A DNA stretch of 16,800 nt from Elainellaceae cyanobacterium. Lineage in GTDB: Bacteria; Cyanobacteriota; Cyanobacteriia; CAZCXK01. Of this stretch, positions 15,158-16,800 are shown piece after piece. Made by a program: the position numbers and the translations under genes. Numbering within the stretch: position 1 is the stretch's first letter; each line of letters starts with the position of its first letter. A model generated the notes under the pieces. It ran no database searches. It was given only the letters and a program-made list of their open reading frames with translations, and was not told where the DNA came from. The stretch lies in contig JBNPEG010000195.1 of the NCBI GenBank assembly GCA_051117555.1, positions 1-16,800 of the forward strand, given 5' to 3'.

Positions 15158-16258
15158 TTAACTGGCAAAGGAAGGCTGTCGGATCGTGTTCTCATTAAAG
15201 AGATGGTCGGCAAATATATCGGCGCTTTTCTGCTGGCTGTGGGCGGCATACCACTGATGGGCAGTATCGGCGATGGTCTGAAGCGTTTGGAGCTTCAACT
15301 CTTCAAGACGTTGGTTGGCAATTAGATAATGCTGATCTGCACAGACGCCGTCTGCTTCTGATGGGTTATAGGTGGCGCTGATGGGAACCAGCCCGTGGGC
15401 ACAATACGCCGCGAACACCCCGGATTTGGCAAGATACCCTGGAAATCGAGAATAATCGAAAAATCCAGCGATCGCCATCAGCATGAGTTCGCTAATTTCA
15501 TCCAGCGGGCGAATGCCCATCTCCATGATTGGTACATCGACCAGGTCAGACACATTCAACTGATCGAGTTTGAGAGAAGGACCGATATCACAAATTTCCT
15601 CGATTCCTAAGGCTTGACAGGCATGAGTCAGAGCATCCGCAGAATCTCGATAAATCCGAGCCCGACTAGGCCCTCCGAAGACAATCATGCGGCGGGGGCG
15701 TTCTGCCAATGGGGGGAAACTTGGAGGTTCACAGACATTGGAGAAGACGGGAACGGTTGCAACAGGCTGTTGAACCCACTTTGATAAAATCGCGTTGAAA
15801 TTGGCGCAGTTCGTTAAGACGTGATCGGCTAGTTTGGCAATTCGGAGGGCGACAAAGCCCTGAATGGGGCGAATATATCGAGTTTTTTTGAGCAGCGGCA
15901 GTTCATGGAACATGACGATGAGCTTCAAATTATGCTGCTGACACGCGGCTTCTAGGGCATTGAGCAGCCAGAAGGGGGCATCGTGCTTCCCTAGCACGTA
16001 CGGGTAGTTGGTGTAGTGAAGAATGACCCGCGTCACGCCTTTAGGCATCAGTTCAAGAAATGTTTCAATCTCTTGGTTGGGCAAGCCTACCGCTGGAAAT
16101 CCGCCAATGACGGGGTTTAAGCGCTTCCGTTGCTGACAGACTAAAAAGTTTGTAACGATGCCGTGATGCTCAAGAAGCTGGTCTGCCAACTTGAGTGAAT
16201 AGTCACCTATACCGTCAACCAAAGGAGGCATCCGTGGAACAATCTGAATAATATCCAA
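15158..16258 (-). CDS. GT-B (GT4-like) glycosyltransferase
   Basis: IIQIVPRMPP..DGIGDY, MFHE, PVFSNV.EP, LAKSGVFAAYCAHG; TTG start with GAGGGA upstream. Confidence 0.85.
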   Translation of the reverse strand: MDIIQIVPRMPPLVDGIGDYSLKLADQLLEHHGIVTNFLVCQQRKRLNPVIGGFPAVGLPNQEIETFLELMPKGVTRVILHYTNYPYVLGKHDAPFWLLNALEAACQQHNLKLIVMFHELPLLKKTRYIRPIQGFVALRIAKLADHVLTNCANFNAILSKWVQQPVATVPVFSNVCEPPSFPPLAERPRRMIVFGGPSRARIYRDSADALTHACQALGIEEICDIGPSLKLDQLNVSDLVDVPIMEMGIRPLDEISELMLMAIAGFFDYSRFPGYLAKSGVFAAYCAHGLVPISATYNPSEADGVCADQHYLIANQRLEELKLQTLQTIADTAHQWYAAHSQQKSADIFADHLFNENTIRQPSFAS

Positions 16259-16486
16259 AACCGCTGTCCCTCTGTCTTAATCGTGCTTATCTTTAAATAA
16301 CTGCATGCATGAATCAAGTCGTCATTCATTAATGTGCGATTTAATCAGGAGGCGATCGCCACTTCACCCAAGCATTGGATATGTTGTCAGCTAAACATAT
16401 TCAAATCAGGTAAGTCGACTCAAGGTAGGCAACCTTCTGAAGAAAATTAATCAGAATTAATCAGACAGTGGGTCGACCGACTAGTT

Positions 16487-16542
16487 CCAGTATGTCCTTA
16501 CCAGTATGTCCTTACTAGTATGTCCTTACTAGTATGTCCCTA
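16487..16542. repeat. 14-bp tandem repeat x4
   Basis: CCAGTATGTCCTTA x2, CTAGTATGTCCTTA, CTAGTATGTCCCTA, followed by a degenerate fifth unit. Confidence 0.9.
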
Positions 16543-16553
16543 ATAGATGTCTC

Positions 16554-16675
16554 TAAGTAGGTGGGACTAATTAAATATGAGACCTGTGTAGGTTGGGTTG
16601 AGGTACGAAACCCAACTCCTGCATGGGTTACGCTATCGCTAACCCATCCTACATTTGATTCCGCCCACCTATTTA
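16554..16675. mobile_element. Cyanobacterial MITE-like element containing a GTAG-type REP doublet
   Basis: Imperfect terminal IRs TAAGTAGGTGGGACTAATTAAAT / ATTTGATTCCGCCCACCTATTTA; internal GTAGGTTGGGTT..AACCCAAC and ATGGGTTA..TAACCCATCCTAC hairpins (16588-16652). Confidence 0.75.
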
Positions 16676-16800
16676 ATAGATGTCTTTATAAGGATGATGT
16701 TTCTACAGGATATCTTTACGGGCTTGTTACTCCAAATTCATCACTCCGCTACGGAGTCATGGGGCGCAAATGTAACGCTGCTTGAGGGCGTTGGCAGACT

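Noticed and set aside
10754..15610. Numerous short alternative-frame and antisense ORFs within host genes
   Set aside because: Shadow ORFs of well-supported genes with no motifs.
16487..16542. CRISPR array
   Set aside because: Contiguous 14-bp units without spacers.
16561..16785. 74-aa ORF
   Set aside because: Derived largely from MITE/REP sequence; no coding evidence.

Overview
Cyanobacterial DNA (many HIP1 GCGATCGC octamers). About 1-10200 is the right part of a phage/satellite-like integrative element abutting the 3' end of a tRNA-Cys(GCA) gene. It encodes a XisA/XisC-type tyrosine integrase, an excisionase-like HTH protein, a Zn-finger/Toprim/SF4 primase-helicase, an XRE regulator at a divergent control region, a hicA-hicB-hicB cassette, and many small unknown genes. 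The end of an ISAzo13-type IS interrupts a gene at the far left. The element is rich in cis-acting structure: two iteron-like families inside the primase gene, a helically phased GCAC array around an HTH/coiled-coil gene, six copies of a 14-bp motif near an RHH-like gene and inside the integrase, and repeated hairpin+RBS leaders, one sharing a 12-mer with a hairpin in the opposite (replication) leader. An apparent HIP1-mediated deletion fused hicB2 to a truncated HNH gene. About 10250-16800 is host chromosome: cpdA, a sulfotransferase, an alkaline-phosphatase-superfamily enzyme, an HpsE-like GT2 and a GT4, then a 14-bp tandem repeat and a MITE/REP composite. All family assignments are from motif recognition by eye, not database searches.
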